A stretch of DNA of 64,000 nucleotides from the NCBI GenBank assembly GCA_963718965.1, contig CAVRBJ010000002.1, positions 7,936 to 71,935 on the forward strand. Direction: 5' to 3'. This document shows, in pieces, positions 1-11,796 of the stretch. The notes under the pieces are model-generated. The model had not been told where the DNA came from and did no database searches. It saw nothing but the letters and a program-made list of their open reading frames with translations. Positions within the stretch are counted from its first letter, which is position 1. Every line of letters starts with the position of its first letter. A program made the position numbers and the translations under genes. The DNA is from an uncultured delta proteobacterium. Its GTDB lineage: Bacteria > Desulfobacterota > WTBG01 > CAIYCZ01 > CAIRTM01.

Positions 1-862
1 TCATGCCCGGTATGGTATTTATTTCAAGAATAAAGGGCCTGCCATCCGGTGTCAGAATAAAATCAACTCGCGCCGCGCCGCTGCAGCCAAGCACGGAATA
101 GGTATCCACGGCAAGCTTTTGTATCAGAAGGGTCAGCTCCTGCCCTATTTCAGGCGCGACAACATACCGTGTCGATCCCTGGCTGTGGTACTTGGCCTCA
201 AAATCATAAAAACCGTCCTTGGCAACGATTTCAACCAGAGGCAGGGGCTTGCCGTTCAGCACCCCTGCTGTCAGTTCGCGTCCTTCAACAAATGCTTCAA
301 TCAGCACCTCGCGGTCAAACTGCGCTGCCAGGCTGACCGCCTCGCCAATACGAGCGGCATCCCTGACAATACTGATGCCGATGGTTGACCCCTCTTCCGG
401 CGGTTTGACCACAAACGGAACCGGCACAGTTATGGATTTTACCGCATGCTCAACATCGCCATCCCCTGAAAAAACAACCTGGAATGCAGGGGTCGGCAGG
501 CCATGATATGCCAGCATCTTTTTGGTTATCACCTTATTGATGGAAACAGCGCTTGCCAGCACGCCCGAGCCAGTATAGGCGATGCCAAGCATTTCCAGAA
601 GACCCTGTACAGCACCGTCCTCGCCGAAAACGCCATGCAAAGCGATAAAGGCACTGTCAATGCTGCTTGCTTTCAGATTTTCGGCGATATTCCTGTCAAC
701 ATCAAGTTCAACGGCATCATAGCCTCGCCGCTGCAGGGCGCTCAGTATGGCTTTGCCTGTCTTGAGCGATATGTCCCGCTCCGATGACATGCCGCCCATC
801 AAAACAGCAATCCGCTTTTTTAAAAACTTCGCTCTTAATTCTTTATCGGTATTTTCCGCCAT
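1..862 (-). CDS. ddl: D-alanine--D-alanine ligase (C-terminus runs off the window edge)
   Basis: Minus-strand translation from the ATG at 862 gives MAENTDKELRAKFLKKRIAVLMGGMSSERDISLKTGKAILSALQRRGYDAVELD. At the window edge it reads ...RVDFILTPDGRPFILEINTIPGM, the Ddl ATP-grasp C-terminal motif. It is absent from the ORF track because no stop codon lies in the window. Confidence 0.9.
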   Translation of the reverse strand, partial: MAENTDKELRAKFLKKRIAVLMGGMSSERDISLKTGKAILSALQRRGYDAVELDVDRNIAENLKASSIDSAFIALHGVFGEDGAVQGLLEMLGIAYTGSGVLASAVSINKVITKKMLAYHGLPTPAFQVVFSGDGDVEHAVKSITVPVPFVVKPPEEGSTIGISIVRDAARIGEAVSLAAQFDREVLIEAFVEGRELTAGVLNGKPLPLVEIVAKDGFYDFEAKYHSQGSTRYVVAPEIGQELTLLIQKLAVDTYSVLGCSGAARVDFILTPDGRPFILEINTIPGM

Positions 863-897
863 TTCCTTAATCCTGAATCATTCTCATTGCGCATTAC

Positions 898-2275
898 TTA
901 TTGGCTGATGCCATGCCCCTTCATGATCACCTCGCCCGACTTCCATACATCGCCGGCCCCGAGCGTCAGCAGAACATCGCCCTGCTGCAGGAAACCAGCA
1001 AGAAAAGACTCCGCGCTTTTGAAATCTGGAATATATTTCACATCCTTATGGCCGTATTCTTTCAGGCTTTCGCAAAACTTGAGCGATGTGACATCAGGCA
1101 GGGGGGCCTCGCCTGCGGGATAAATGTCTGCCACAACAAGCACATCGGCATCGTAAAATGCCGTCATGAATTCATTGAAAAGATGAAAGGTGCGCGAATA
1201 GCGGTGCGGCTGAAACAGCACGACGATCCGCCCCGGCGCAATCTGCCGCACGGCCTTGAGCGTCATCTTGATCTCGGTCGGATGATGGCCGTAATCGTCG
1301 ATCCAGGTGATGCCGCTCTTCTTTCCGCGCAGCTGCAGGCGGCGCTGTATGCCCTTGAAATCGGCAAGCCCCTTCCTGATAGCCTTGAACTCAAGGCCAA
1401 GCTCAAGCCCCACGCCGATGGCGGCAAGCGAGTTGCAGACATTATGCATGCCCGGGAATACCGAGCTTCACCGTTCCGAGCTTCTTTTCATGCCGGTAGA
1501 CGGCAAAGTTGGTGGTATGCCCTTCAAGCCTGATATCGCGCGCCTGCAAATCAGCCTGCGTGGCCCGTCCATAGGTCAGCAGCCGTTTTTTAATTCGGGG
1601 TATGATACTTTGAATATTTTCGTCATCCAGACATATAATATTGACCCCGTAGAAAGGCACCTTGTTGAGAAAGGCTACAAAGGCCTCTTTGATGGCATCG
1701 ATATCGGGATAAAAATCCATATGCTCCCGGTCGATATTGGTGACCACGGCAATGGTCGGCGGCAGATTGAGAAATGAGCCGTCGCTTTCATCGGCCTCGG
1801 CCACAAGAAATTCTCCGGAGCCAAGCACTGCATTGGTATTGGTCTTGATCAGCCTGCCCCCCACGACCACAGTCGGATTCACGCCGCCTGCCTCCAGAAC
1901 TGCAGCCACAAGCGAGGTGGTGGTGGTTTTGCCATGGGCTCCTGCCACGGCTATGCCGTACTTCAGGCGCATGAGCTCGCCGAGCATCTCAGCCCGGGGA
2001 ATCACCGGTATGCCCCGCTCCTGAGCGCATTCAACCTCGGGGTTGCCTTTTTTTATTGCTGATGAAATGACCACGACATCGGCGTCGGTAAGGTGCTTTT
2101 TTTCATGCCCATAGCAAATACGCGCACCGCAGGCGGCCAGGCGCTCGGCACTCTCAGACCTGCGGGCATCCGAACCGCTCACCCGGTACCCCAGATTCAG
2201 CAGCAGCTCGGCAATGCCGCTCATGCCGATGCCGCCGATGCCTACAAAATGAATATGCTGGTTCTTTTTATACAT
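898..2275 (-). CDS. murC: UDP-N-acetylmuramate--L-alanine ligase, one frame break near 1445
   Basis: ORF 1442..2365 carries [25 protein letters not shown] and [14 protein letters not shown] 898..1449 carries [13 protein letters not shown] and [10 protein letters not shown]. The two halves abut at GIPG/HNV. Start is taken at MYKKNQ. Confidence 0.9.
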
Positions 2276-2449
2276 AGTCAGCCTTTCCCGTGCAGCCTTT
2301 TCTGGCTGCGTCCGTAAAAAATCACACCGGTCCTGACAAACACGGCCTCCATGGACATGATGCACTGAATAAGCGCGGGTCGCTTGCGCAGCTGATAGCG
2401 CAGCGTCATGATTCTGTTAAGAATAACATGATTAATGCTGTTGCGGGCA

Positions 2450-3548
2450 TTAACGATATCCATGTCCTCCTCCCTTCTCCGCTGCCAGGCGGCAGCATTC
2501 TTCAACGACGCGCCCTGCCGCATCGGGCTGTGCAAGCATGCGGGCACGTGCGGCCATGCCGGCAGCTTTTTCGCGGTCGGCATGAAGCGCAAGGACTGCC
2601 TGCGCAAGCGAACGGCCGGTGAGCTCGCCGGCAAGCAGCAAAACCGCAGCGCCTTTGGCGACGAAAGCGCGCGCATTGTGTTCCTGATGATTGTGGGCGG
2701 CATACGGATACGGAATTAAAATCGACGGTTTGCCGCACAGCGCAAGCTCGGCAAGCGTCGAAGCCCCGGCCCGCGACACAACGACATGCGCCTGCGCATA
2801 CGCGCTGTACATGTCATCGATAAATGGCGACACTGCAGCAGTAAAGCCGCGCTTTTCATATCCCCGGGAGACCATACCGGCATCCATGGCGCCGGTCTGA
2901 TGAATAAAGCGAAGCGAGCCCTTAATACTCTCAAAATCAGGAAGGGCTTCCATCATGGCTTCATTAATGGCATGGGCGCCCTGGCTGCCGCCGCAGATAA
3001 ACACGCACAGGCGGCCGTCATCAGGCTCCGGCGCCGCAGCCATGCTGCGACATGCGCACGGGCATTCCTGAAAAAACCGTCTTCCCGGCATTAAAAAAAG
3101 GCCTGCTTTCTTCATAGGAGATAAAGACCCTGTCGGCAATTGTGCCAAGCATGCGGTTTGACAGGCCGGGCACGCTGTTCTGCTCATGAATCGCGGCCGG
3201 TATGCCCAGAGCCTTTGCCGCGGCAATGCCGGGAAATGAGATATACCCGCCAAGGCCAAGCACCAGATCGGCCCTGTGCCGCCGCAGGCAGGCAGCTGCG
3301 CACAGAAAGGCCCGCGGCAGCGCCAGCAGTGCGCCAAGCTTCTGCCCCATGCCTTTGCCTTTAAATCCTCTCACCGGAACGGTCTCAAGCGCTAATCCGA
3401 GCTTCGGGAGCACGCGCGACTCAAGCCCCTTTTCCGTGCCCAGAAACAGTATCCGTGCAGCGCTGTCGCGGCGCAAAAACTCCTGCGCAATCGCCACCCC
3501 CGGAAAAAGATGGCCGCCTGTTCCGCCGCCTGCGATCACGATATTCAT
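2450..3548 (-). CDS. murG: undecaprenyldiphospho-muramoylpentapeptide beta-N-acetylglucosaminyltransferase, one frame break near 3050
   Basis: The N-terminal fragment (in ORF 3021..3569) reads MNIVIAGGGTGGHLFPGVAIAQE...GMPVR. The C-terminal fragment (ORF 2450..3337) reads LCVFICGGSQGAHAIN...VVSRAGASTLAEL...HNHQEHNA. The ATG at 3548 directly follows the ftsW stop. Confidence 0.9.
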
Positions 3549-4657
3549 GCCTTCCCCATAAAATGGCACTGCCCTGATATGCTCAGCAGTATGCCCATGC
3601 AGCTCATATCGACAAGCAGCGCGGTTCCGCCGTAGCTGATAAACGGCAGGGGCATTCCTTTCGTGGGCAGCAGGCCCATCACTACGCCCATATTGATGAT
3701 AGTCTGCAGGCCGATGAGCACGATAATGCCAAGCGCCAGGTACGTTCCGAACAGATCATAGGAGTTCATGGCGATCTTGATGCCGCAGGCCACAATGGTT
3801 ACGAAAAGCCCGATAACAAATACAACGCCGATAAACCCCATTTCTTCGCCGATAACGGCAAGAATGAAATCCGTGTGCGGTTCGGGCAGGTATAAAAGCT
3901 TTTGTGTTCCCCTGCCTATGCCAGCCCCGAAAATACCTCCGGAGCCAAATGCCAGAAACGACTGAACGATCTGAAATCCCGCTCCGGTTGGATCCTTCCA
4001 CGGATTTAAAAACGTAACCAGCCGCTCCATGCGATAGCCCCTGGTGGCAATCAGCATAGCAGCGGCAAGAAGCCCGATGAACCCGAGGCTCAGCATAAAG
4101 CGTTTTTTTATCCCGGCGGCAAAAAGCATGACAAACAGAAGGGACAGGATCATCATGCAGGTGCCGAAATCAGGCTGCACGACAATAAGCAGGCACAGGG
4201 GCATAACAAGCAGCAGATGGGGAAGAACACCAATAGAAAACTCCTTGATTCGCTCGTTCTCTTTTTTAGCAAGGCAATAGGCCAGAAGAATGACGACCGA
4301 CAGCTTTGCCAGCTCAGCAGGCTGAAAAGAAAATAACCCCAGGGACAGCCATCGCGCCGCGCCGCCCGCCTTGACGCCGATGCCGGGAATGAGAACCATC
4401 ACCAGCAGCCCGAGCGTCAAGAGCCAGAGAGGATAGGCGCAGCGCTTTAAAAAGCTGTATGGCACGCGCATCATGATCAGCATGCAGCCGATGCCGCACA
4501 GGCCGAACAGCGCCTGCTTCTTAAGAAAGTACATGCCGTCGTGATACCGTTCTGCGGCGATAATCGAGCTCGCGCTGTAGATCATCATGATACCCAGGCC
4601 AACGAGAATGACCGGAACAAAAAGAATAATGCTCTGCGTCAGGCTCCTGTTATACAT
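3545..4657 (-). CDS. ftsW: cell division protein FtsW (SEDS family lipid II polymerase/flippase)
   Basis: Intact 370-aa polytopic membrane ORF with SEDS-like motifs (PDFGT, LPEPHTDFI, LPTKGMPLPFISYGG). It sits at the canonical dcw position between murD and murG. Confidence 0.9.
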   Translation of the reverse strand: MYNRSLTQSIILFVPVILVGLGIMMIYSASSIIAAERYHDGMYFLKKQALFGLCGIGCMLIMMRVPYSFLKRCAYPLWLLTLGLLVMVLIPGIGVKAGGAARWLSLGLFSFQPAELAKLSVVILLAYCLAKKENERIKEFSIGVLPHLLLVMPLCLLIVVQPDFGTCMMILSLLFVMLFAAGIKKRFMLSLGFIGLLAAAMLIATRGYRMERLVTFLNPWKDPTGAGFQIVQSFLAFGSGGIFGAGIGRGTQKLLYLPEPHTDFILAVIGEEMGFIGVVFVIGLFVTIVACGIKIAMNSYDLFGTYLALGIIVLIGLQTIINMGVVMGLLPTKGMPLPFISYGGTALLVDMSCMGILLSISGQCHFMGKA

Positions 4658-4664
4658 ATGGCAT

Positions 4665-6008
4665 TCATCCCTTCAGCTTTTTTACACTGTCGACGAAACA
4701 CTGGCCGCGATGGGCATAGCTTTTAAACATGTCGAAACTTGCGCAGGCAGGTGAAAAAAGCACCGAATCGCCCGGGCATGCACGGGCCAATGCTTCGGCC
4801 ACGGCTTTTTCAAGTGAATCGACAATGACCGTTGGCACGGCATGGCCGAGCTCTGCCGCTATCCGCTCTCTGGCCTCGCCAAGCACCACCAATGCCTTGC
4901 CTTTGCCTGCAAGCAATGCTTCCAAAGGACTATAGCTGCCGCCTTTGTCCTTGCCTCCTGCAATCAGGATGATGGGCCCCTCAAGGCTCTCGAGTGATTT
5001 AACAACAGCGCCGACATTGGTGCCCTTGGAATCGTTGAAAAACCTCACGCCCTGTATCTCGTCAACGAACTCCATGCGGTGCGGGAGCCCTGCAAAAGAA
5101 AGCAGCGCATCCCTGATCAGGTCTCCGGAAAGGCCGCACAGAAAGCCCACCGAGCCGGCTGCCAGCATATTCTCAATATTGTGAGCACCCCTGAGCTGTG
5201 CGCCTGAGGCGTCAAGCGTGAGACGGCCCCGGTCTCTGCTGCGGACAAAATGGAACAGGCCGTCATGCCATGCGCCGTTTTGACTCGGATGGGAGGAGCT
5301 GAAATAAAAAACTTCAGCCTTGATGGACGGAGCCAGGGCCAGCACCGCGGGGTCGTCGGCGCTGATCACGGCCACGTCGCTGCTCTGCTGGTTCATGAAA
5401 ATGCGGGCCTTTGCCCCGCAGTATTCATCAAATGACGAATGGCGGTCGAGATGATCATCGGTCACATTCAAAAGCACGCTGATAAAGGGCCTGAAATGCC
5501 TGATCGCCTCAAGCTGAAAGCTGCTGATTTCGGCCACGATATAGTCAAACGGTTCGCTCTGCATGCAGCACTCAATAAGCGGCGTACCGATATTGCCGCC
5601 GACAAAAACCCGCTTGCCTGCTGCCTGAAGCAGTGCGCCGATAAGCGATGTTGTGGTGGTCTTGCCATTCGTGCCGGTGACGGCGATGAGCGGTGCACGC
5701 AAAAAACGGCCGGCCAGCTCGATTTCGCTGATCACTTCAATGCCGCGTGCTTGCGCCTCGATAACGGGCCTTATCATAATGGAGATGCCGGGGCTTATGA
5801 CAACAAGGTCATGACGCACAAACGTTTCAATAGAATGGCCGCCCGCTTCGACAGCCATTCCCTGATCAAGCAGGTCCCGGGGAACATCAAATTTTTTCTG
5901 CATGTCGTTGAGCGTCACGCGTGCTCCCTTCCCGAGACAGAAACGGGCAGTTGAAATGCCTGTCCTGCCGGAGCCGACAACAAGAATTTTTTTACCCTGA
6001 AGGTCCAT
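4665..6008 (-). CDS. murD: UDP-N-acetylmuramoylalanine--D-glutamate ligase
   Basis: Intact 447-aa ORF with KILVVGSGRTGIS and [13 protein letters not shown]. dcw position is between mraY and ftsW. Confidence 0.92.
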   Translation of the reverse strand: MDLQGKKILVVGSGRTGISTARFCLGKGARVTLNDMQKKFDVPRDLLDQGMAVEAGGHSIETFVRHDLVVISPGISIMIRPVIEAQARGIEVISEIELAGRFLRAPLIAVTGTNGKTTTTSLIGALLQAAGKRVFVGGNIGTPLIECCMQSEPFDYIVAEISSFQLEAIRHFRPFISVLLNVTDDHLDRHSSFDEYCGAKARIFMNQQSSDVAVISADDPAVLALAPSIKAEVFYFSSSHPSQNGAWHDGLFHFVRSRDRGRLTLDASGAQLRGAHNIENMLAAGSVGFLCGLSGDLIRDALLSFAGLPHRMEFVDEIQGVRFFNDSKGTNVGAVVKSLESLEGPIILIAGGKDKGGSYSPLEALLAGKGKALVVLGEARERIAAELGHAVPTVIVDSLEKAVAEALARACPGDSVLFSPACASFDMFKSYAHRGQCFVDSVKKLKG

Positions 6009-6010
6009 GC

Positions 6011-7087
6011 TTACCTCAACTTCAATGTGCTGATCGCCAGCAGGGCGAAAATGACGCCGACGATCCAGAATCGCACGATCACTTTTGACTCGGCCCAGCC
6101 CAGCAGCTCAAAATGGTGATGAATGGGCGCCATTTTAAAAATCCTTTTCCCTCGCAATTTATAGGAGCCGACCTGAAGGATCACCGACAGCGCCTCAACC
6201 ACGAACACGCCCCCGACAACGGCAAGCAGAACTTCATGCTTGGTGATGATGGCAACGGCGCCGAGCGATCCACCAAGTGCAAGGGATCCGACATCCCCCA
6301 TAAATATCTGCGCCGGATGACTGTTGTACCAGAGAAAGCCCATGCTGGCGCCGACCATGGCTCCGCAAAAAATCGTCAGCTCCCCGGCGCCTCTGACAAA
6401 GGTTATCTTGAGATAGTCGGCAATGACTGCATTCCCGGTGATATAGGAAAAAATCATATAGGTTACCGATACGATAAGGACAAGCCCTATGGCAAGACCG
6501 TCCAGGCCATCGGTCAGGTTAACGGCATTGGAAGACCCGACCAGAACAAAAATAATGAATGGCCCGTACAGCAGCCCGAGATCGGGGAGCACCCGCTTGA
6601 AAAAAGGAAGGCTCAGATGCGTATCCACGCCGGCCTGCATGCACAGATACACGGCAACTGCTCCCGCCACGATCAGCTGCAGGCCTGACTTCTGCCCCGC
6701 CGTTATGCCCTTTGAACTGCCGCCGGTGATCTTGCGCCAGTCATCCAGAAGGCCGATGGCTCCCATGCCGCCAAGCGTACCGAGCACCACCCATATGTAC
6801 TTGTTTGTCAGATCAGCCCATAACAGCGTTGACACAATAATGGCCGACAGCACAAGAATACCGCCCCCTGTCGGCGTTCCGCCTTTCTTGAGATGGGTTG
6901 AAGGGCCGTCCTGGCGCACAACCTGCCCGAATTTGCGCTCCTGCAGTTTCCGGATAAGCCATGGCCCCACCACGAGCGTGATTAAAAGAGCGGTCATGGC
7001 CGCATAGATAGTCCGGAATGTAATGTAGCGGAAAACGTTAAAAAACGTCACCACCTCATGCAGCGGATACAGCAGATGATACAGCAT
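6011..7087 (-). CDS. mraY: phospho-N-acetylmuramoyl-pentapeptide transferase
   Basis: Intact 358-aa membrane ORF with MLYHLLYPL...[23 protein letters not shown] and PIHHHFE. Confidence 0.93.
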   Translation of the reverse strand: MLYHLLYPLHEVVTFFNVFRYITFRTIYAAMTALLITLVVGPWLIRKLQERKFGQVVRQDGPSTHLKKGGTPTGGGILVLSAIIVSTLLWADLTNKYIWVVLGTLGGMGAIGLLDDWRKITGGSSKGITAGQKSGLQLIVAGAVAVYLCMQAGVDTHLSLPFFKRVLPDLGLLYGPFIIFVLVGSSNAVNLTDGLDGLAIGLVLIVSVTYMIFSYITGNAVIADYLKITFVRGAGELTIFCGAMVGASMGFLWYNSHPAQIFMGDVGSLALGGSLGAVAIITKHEVLLAVVGGVFVVEALSVILQVGSYKLRGKRIFKMAPIHHHFELLGWAESKVIVRFWIVGVIFALLAISTLKLR

Positions 7088-7099
7088 TGAACGGTTCCC

Positions 7100-8512
7100 T
7101 TATGTTAGTGATGCGCTCGCGGGCACGCCCTGCTCCACATACTCGAGAATTTTCTCCATTTTCATCCGTCGAGACCCCTTGAGCAGTATGACGTCATCCG
7201 GGGCAATAATTTCTCTGAGCTGACCGGCAAGCGATTCAAGCGTGTCGCACACATGCAGCGCATGCCTGCTCATGCCTGCCTCTGCTGCCCCGTCACGGAC
7301 GCTTTCGGCAAAATCTCCCGTAACAAACACATAATCGATATGCAGCTGGCCGGCAGCCCTGCCGACCTCGCGGTGGAAAGCAACGGCACCGTCGCCAAGC
7401 TCCAGCATGTCGCCGAGCACGGCAATGGTGCGCCGTTTCGGAGCAAAGCCGGCAAGCGCTGCAAGCGCTGCTTTTGTCGAAACGGGATTGGCATTGTAGG
7501 CGTCATTTATAAATGTGCAGCCTGCTGTTTGAATGGTTTCCATCCTTCCGGGTACGCCCCTGAATGCTTCAAGGCCTGCCTGAATATTCTCAAGGCCGAT
7601 GCCCAGTCCCGTGGCTATGCACGCGGCGGCAAGGGCATTTATAACAAACTGCCCGCCCGGAACATGGAGCTGCACAGGCACTGACCGGTCCATGATATGA
7701 AGGTCAAACAGCGTACCGAAGCAATCAGCATCCTTTATCGGCCCGGCATGTACCTGACCGTGCATGCTGCCGTAGAGCATCTGGCGTGCCTGCGTGGTTT
7801 TGCCCATGGCCGCAACGCGTGCATCATCTGTGTTGATGATGGCCAGATCCTGCGGGCCGAGACAGGCAAACAGCTCTCCTTTTGCCGCAGCAACCCTTTC
7901 AAGGGTTTTAAGCTGCTCGAGATGCGAAGGCCCAACATTGGTTATGATGCCTATATCGGGATCGCAAATTTGCGAAAGCCGTGCTATCTCGCCAGGCTCG
8001 CTCATGCCGAGCTCGAGCACCGCAGCCTGATGTTTCCGGTCAAGCTGAAAAAGCGACAGGGGAAGACCGATGAGATTATTGAAATTTCCGGGGTTTTTCA
8101 GCGTCGAAAATACCCGCTCAACAATAAGGGCTGCCATTTCTTTGGTGCTTGTCTTGCCATTGCTGCCGGTAATGGCAACGACCTTCAGATCAAAAAGGCT
8201 GCGCCAGAAGGCGGCAAGATCTCCGAGCGCCTGCAGCGGATCATCAACCTCTATGAGCGCTGCAGCATGTGAAGCTGCGGCAACCGTCGCGCACACGGCA
8301 TGCCCTTTTTTAACAAAACAGGCAGCGCCTGCGCCTAGAGCTTCTGCAATATAATCATGCCCGTCGGCACGACTGCCCACAAGAGGAACAAACAAACTGC
8401 CGGGCCCGGAGAGCCGCGAGTCGATAATCACAGCGGTGACCGTCCGCTCAGCCCTTCCCTGAAGGAGCCTGCCCTGTGTTGCCGCAAGTATCTGCTGAAG
8501 TGTCAGTTCCAT
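7100..8512 (-). CDS. murF: UDP-N-acetylmuramoyl-tripeptide--D-alanyl-D-alanine ligase
   Basis: ORF 7100..8704; start trimmed to MELTLQQILAAT (8512), just after the murE stop. Motifs: ITGSNGKTSTKEM, DAYNANP. Confidence 0.9.
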   Translation of the reverse strand: MELTLQQILAATQGRLLQGRAERTVTAVIIDSRLSGPGSLFVPLVGSRADGHDYIAEALGAGAACFVKKGHAVCATVAAASHAAALIEVDDPLQALGDLAAFWRSLFDLKVVAITGSNGKTSTKEMAALIVERVFSTLKNPGNFNNLIGLPLSLFQLDRKHQAAVLELGMSEPGEIARLSQICDPDIGIITNVGPSHLEQLKTLERVAAAKGELFACLGPQDLAIINTDDARVAAMGKTTQARQMLYGSMHGQVHAGPIKDADCFGTLFDLHIMDRSVPVQLHVPGGQFVINALAAACIATGLGIGLENIQAGLEAFRGVPGRMETIQTAGCTFINDAYNANPVSTKAALAALAGFAPKRRTIAVLGDMLELGDGAVAFHREVGRAAGQLHIDYVFVTGDFAESVRDGAAEAGMSRHALHVCDTLESLAGQLREIIAPDDVILLKGSRRMKMEKILEYVEQGVPASASLT

Positions 8513-8537
8513 ATCATTCCCGACGCGCCTCTCAGGC

Positions 8538-10032
8538 TCAGGCTCCGAGTATCCGGCGCGCTTCCTCTCGATCGTCAAAATGCAGCTTTGTGCTGCCGAT
8601 CTCCTGATAGTCCTCATGGCCCTTGCCGGCAATAAGCACCACATCACCTGCGCGGGCCATGCCGAGAGCTTTTTCAATTGCCGCGCGCCTGTCGGCAATA
8701 ACACAGTAGCCCCTGTCCTGTGTCAAATCGGAGTCAAAACGCTCAAACCCAAGGGCTGCAATGCCCTGCTCAATATGGCTGATGATGGCGCCTGGCTCCT
8801 CGCTGCGCGGGTTGTCGGAAGTGACGATCACCAGCGAACTCAGCCGCGCAGCCACGCTGCCCATGACCGGCCGCTTCTCCCGGTCACGATCACCGCCGCA
8901 GCCGAAAACGGTAATGATGCGCCCGGCGCCGGCAGCCCGCAGCGTTTCAAGCACATTTTCAAGGGCGTCGCCCGTATGGGCATAATCGACAAACACCAGC
9001 AGCCCACGGCTGTTTGTAATCCGCTCCATCCTGCCGGGAGCGCCGGGCATGGCGGCAATGCCTTTTTGTATCGCTTCGGTCGGTATGCCCATCGCCGATG
9101 CCGTTGCCACCGCGCCAAGTATATTGGCAAGATTATACCGGCCTGTAAGAGGGGAGGAAACGTCAATGACGCCCTCCGGGGTTGCAATCTCTGCGGTGAT
9201 GCCCTCAAGCGTGACAGCGCTTGAACGCGCATGCACATCCCCCTTAGAAATTCCGAAGGTCAAAGCCCTGCAGGGCGTTGCCTTGAGAAGTTCAGGCCCC
9301 AGTGGATCATCGATATTGATGACGGCTCTCTTATGCTGCTTGCAGGATGCGGGCAAAAGCTGTGTAAAAAGAATCTGCTTGCTGCGAAAATAGTCATCCA
9401 TGGTCAGGTGATAATCAAGATGCTCGGGCGTGAGATTGGTGAACAGGGCAGCATCGAAATGGCACTGCGCAGCGCGACCCTGTTTCAGCCCGTGTGACGA
9501 AACCTCCATAACAGCCGCAGCAACTCCGTCTGCAGCCATCCGGGAAAAAATCTGCTGGATCTCAAGCTGGTCCGGCGTGGTTCTCTCAGCGGCAATACTG
9601 CGTGGCGCCCCAGCGATAGGAAACCGTGCTCACAAGCCCCGTGGTTCGGCCTGCAGCCTTAAAAACAGCTTCAAGCAGATATGCCGACGTGGTCTTGCCG
9701 TTGGTGCCCGTAATGCCCACCAGCTGCATCCTTCGCGTAGGCTCCCCATAAAACCGTGCGGCAAGGCGTCCGAGGGCGATGCGGGCATCGGGAACGATGA
9801 TATTGAGAATTCCAGGCCGCTCATAGGGCTTTTCCGTAACAAAAACTCGTGCGCCCAAGCTCCAGGCTTCATCAAGCCAGGCATAGCCGTCGGTTTTACT
9901 GCCCGGTAAAGCGACAAAAAGGCTTTCAGAGAAAGCCTTTCCGGAATGCGTCACAATGGCGGCTATATCGGTGTCCCGATCGCCGCTGCACTGAAACTGA
10001 TCTAGAGCTGTAATGAGTTCTTTAAGCTTCAT
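8538..10032 (-). CDS. murE: UDP-N-acetylmuramoyl-L-alanyl-D-glutamate--2,6-diaminopimelate ligase, one frame break near 9595
   Basis: The N-terminal fragment (ORF 9586..10137, start at MKLKELITAL) has GITGTNGKTTSAYL. The C-terminal fragment (ORF 8538..9539) has VMEVSSHGL, DYAHTGDALE and GCGGDRDREKRP. By hand translation the frames join through ...ERTTPDQLEIQQIFSRMAADG. Confidence 0.9.
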
Positions 10033-11796
10033 CAAGCTTTGCCAGTTTGATAGGTTCTGTTCGAATCTCCTTGAGCAGCTCCGGATCCTGCACCGGCGCC
10101 GTTTCAGGCGGCACATGAAGATAATTAAGCATGGCATTTGCCATCCTGCTGAATGCCGGAGCTGCGATTTCGCCGCCGAATTTCATGCGCTGCGGCTCAT
10201 CAACAAGCACAATGATGGCGAGCCGGGGAGCATCAGCCGGCACGAAGCCGGCAAATGAGGCTATGACTTTTGAATGCGAATACCCGCCCTGATCGATTTT
10301 CTGGGATGTGCCGGTCTTGCCGGCAACGCTGTATCCCTCAACCGCTGCCTTTGTGCCTGTGCCGCCGGGCTGCAACAACCTGCTTGAGCATGTCGCGCAT
10401 GATGCCGGCCGTCTTCTCTGAAATGACCCGGTGCTTCATGACGGGAGTGTTCTGCTTGACAACAGAGCCGGTGGCATCAACAATGCGCTTGACTATCTGG
10501 GGCTGCATGAGCATGCCGCCGTTTGCAATGGCGCTGTAGGCTGTCACCATCTGCAGGGGCGTTACGGTTATGCTTTGCCCGAATGAAATCGCGCTCTGCG
10601 TATGCTCGGAGCAATTTTTCAGCGGCGGCATGAACCCGCTCTGCTCCGCCGGCAGGCTGATGCCGGTTTCAGCCGTAAAACCGAATTTGCGGATATACTG
10701 ATACATCTGCTCTTTGCCGAGCTGCCTGCCGATTTTGCTTACGCCGATATTGCTGGAGTGCTTGATGATGTTTGCAACATCAAGCCAGCCGTAGGCATGC
10801 ACATCGTGGATCACGCGGCTGGCAACGCGATAGGAGCCGTTCTCGCAAAAAAACATATCCGAGGGCTTGACGATGCCCTCTTCCAGTGCCGATGCGACAA
10901 GAAATGTTTTGAATGTCGAGCCGGGCTCATAAATATCTGACACAGCCCGGTTGCGCCATGATTCGCGCGCCGATTCGGCGTATTGATTGGGATTAAACAG
11001 CGGGCATACAGCCGATGCCAGAATTTCGCCCGTCCAGGGATCCATAACGATTGCGGTTCCGCCTTTTGCCTCAGACAGCGATACTGCTGCCTGCAGCTCT
11101 TTTTCGGCGATATACTGGATGTTTTTGTCAATAGACAGAAGCAGGTCATTGCCCTGCCGGCTCTGATCCGATGGCTGGAGCCCCTCAACAAACACATTCC
11201 TGCCTTTTGCATCACGGTCGGCAAACAGCTTGCGGGATTTACCTTTGATGATGCTGTCATACTGGCGCTCAATTCCTTCAAGTCCCTGCGAGTCGACTCC
11301 GACAAACCCGAGCACCTGTGCCGCAAGTTCCTTCTGCGGATAGAACCGCTGGCTTTCCTTCAGAAATCCGACGCCTTCGATCTTCAGTGCCCTGTATCTT
11401 ATCCGCCTGTGTCGGCGTCACCTTCCGCTGAAGCCAGACAAACGGTTTCGGGCTTGCAAGATCACGGTAGACCGCCTTGGCCGGCAGCTCAAGAATCGGC
11501 GCAAGCAGCTTTGCCGCAGCCTTTGGGTCTCGAACAAGGGCCGGCCTGGCGTACAGCGACTCCACATCAAGGCTGGCTGCCAGTTCAGCGCCGTTTCTGT
11601 CATACACGGTTCCGCGGTATGGCATGAGTTCGACGCTGGTCATGTACTGGTTCTGAATAATCCCGGTAAGCTCGCCGGACTTCAGCACCTGAAGAAAATA
11701 CGCTCGCATGGCAGTCACGGCAAACAGCACCATAAAGCCCATGGCTATAAAGCGTATATTTCGCGCTAGTTCGTTTCGTGATTTCATTTTTACCAT
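10022..11796 (-). CDS. ftsI: peptidoglycan D,D-transpeptidase FtsI (PBP3), two frame breaks near 11392 and 10370
   Basis: Three ORF fragments (11278..11796, 10338..11315, 10022..10378) are collinear with PBP3. Features: N-terminal TM helix, STFK, HSSNIG, KTGTS. Confidence 0.9.

Noticed and set aside
863-897. Absence of murB (and ftsQAZ) between murC and ddl as evidence of a rearranged dcw cluster.
   Set aside because: The gap is only 35 nt, so murB is simply encoded elsewhere. dcw cluster ends vary widely among bacteria, and the window ends inside ddl, so downstream genes cannot be assessed.
901-1533. Long plus-strand ORFs antisense to annotated genes. Examples: 901..1533, 6113..6688, 40954..41880, 48157..49086, 59701..60528, 61166..61840, and minus-strand 32304..33002 and 32854..33609 inside mutS2.
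   Set aside because: They are shadow ORFs opposite strongly recognisable coding frames in GC-rich DNA. Their translations are low-complexity (Ala/Arg/Ser/Pro-rich) with no motifs or RBS.
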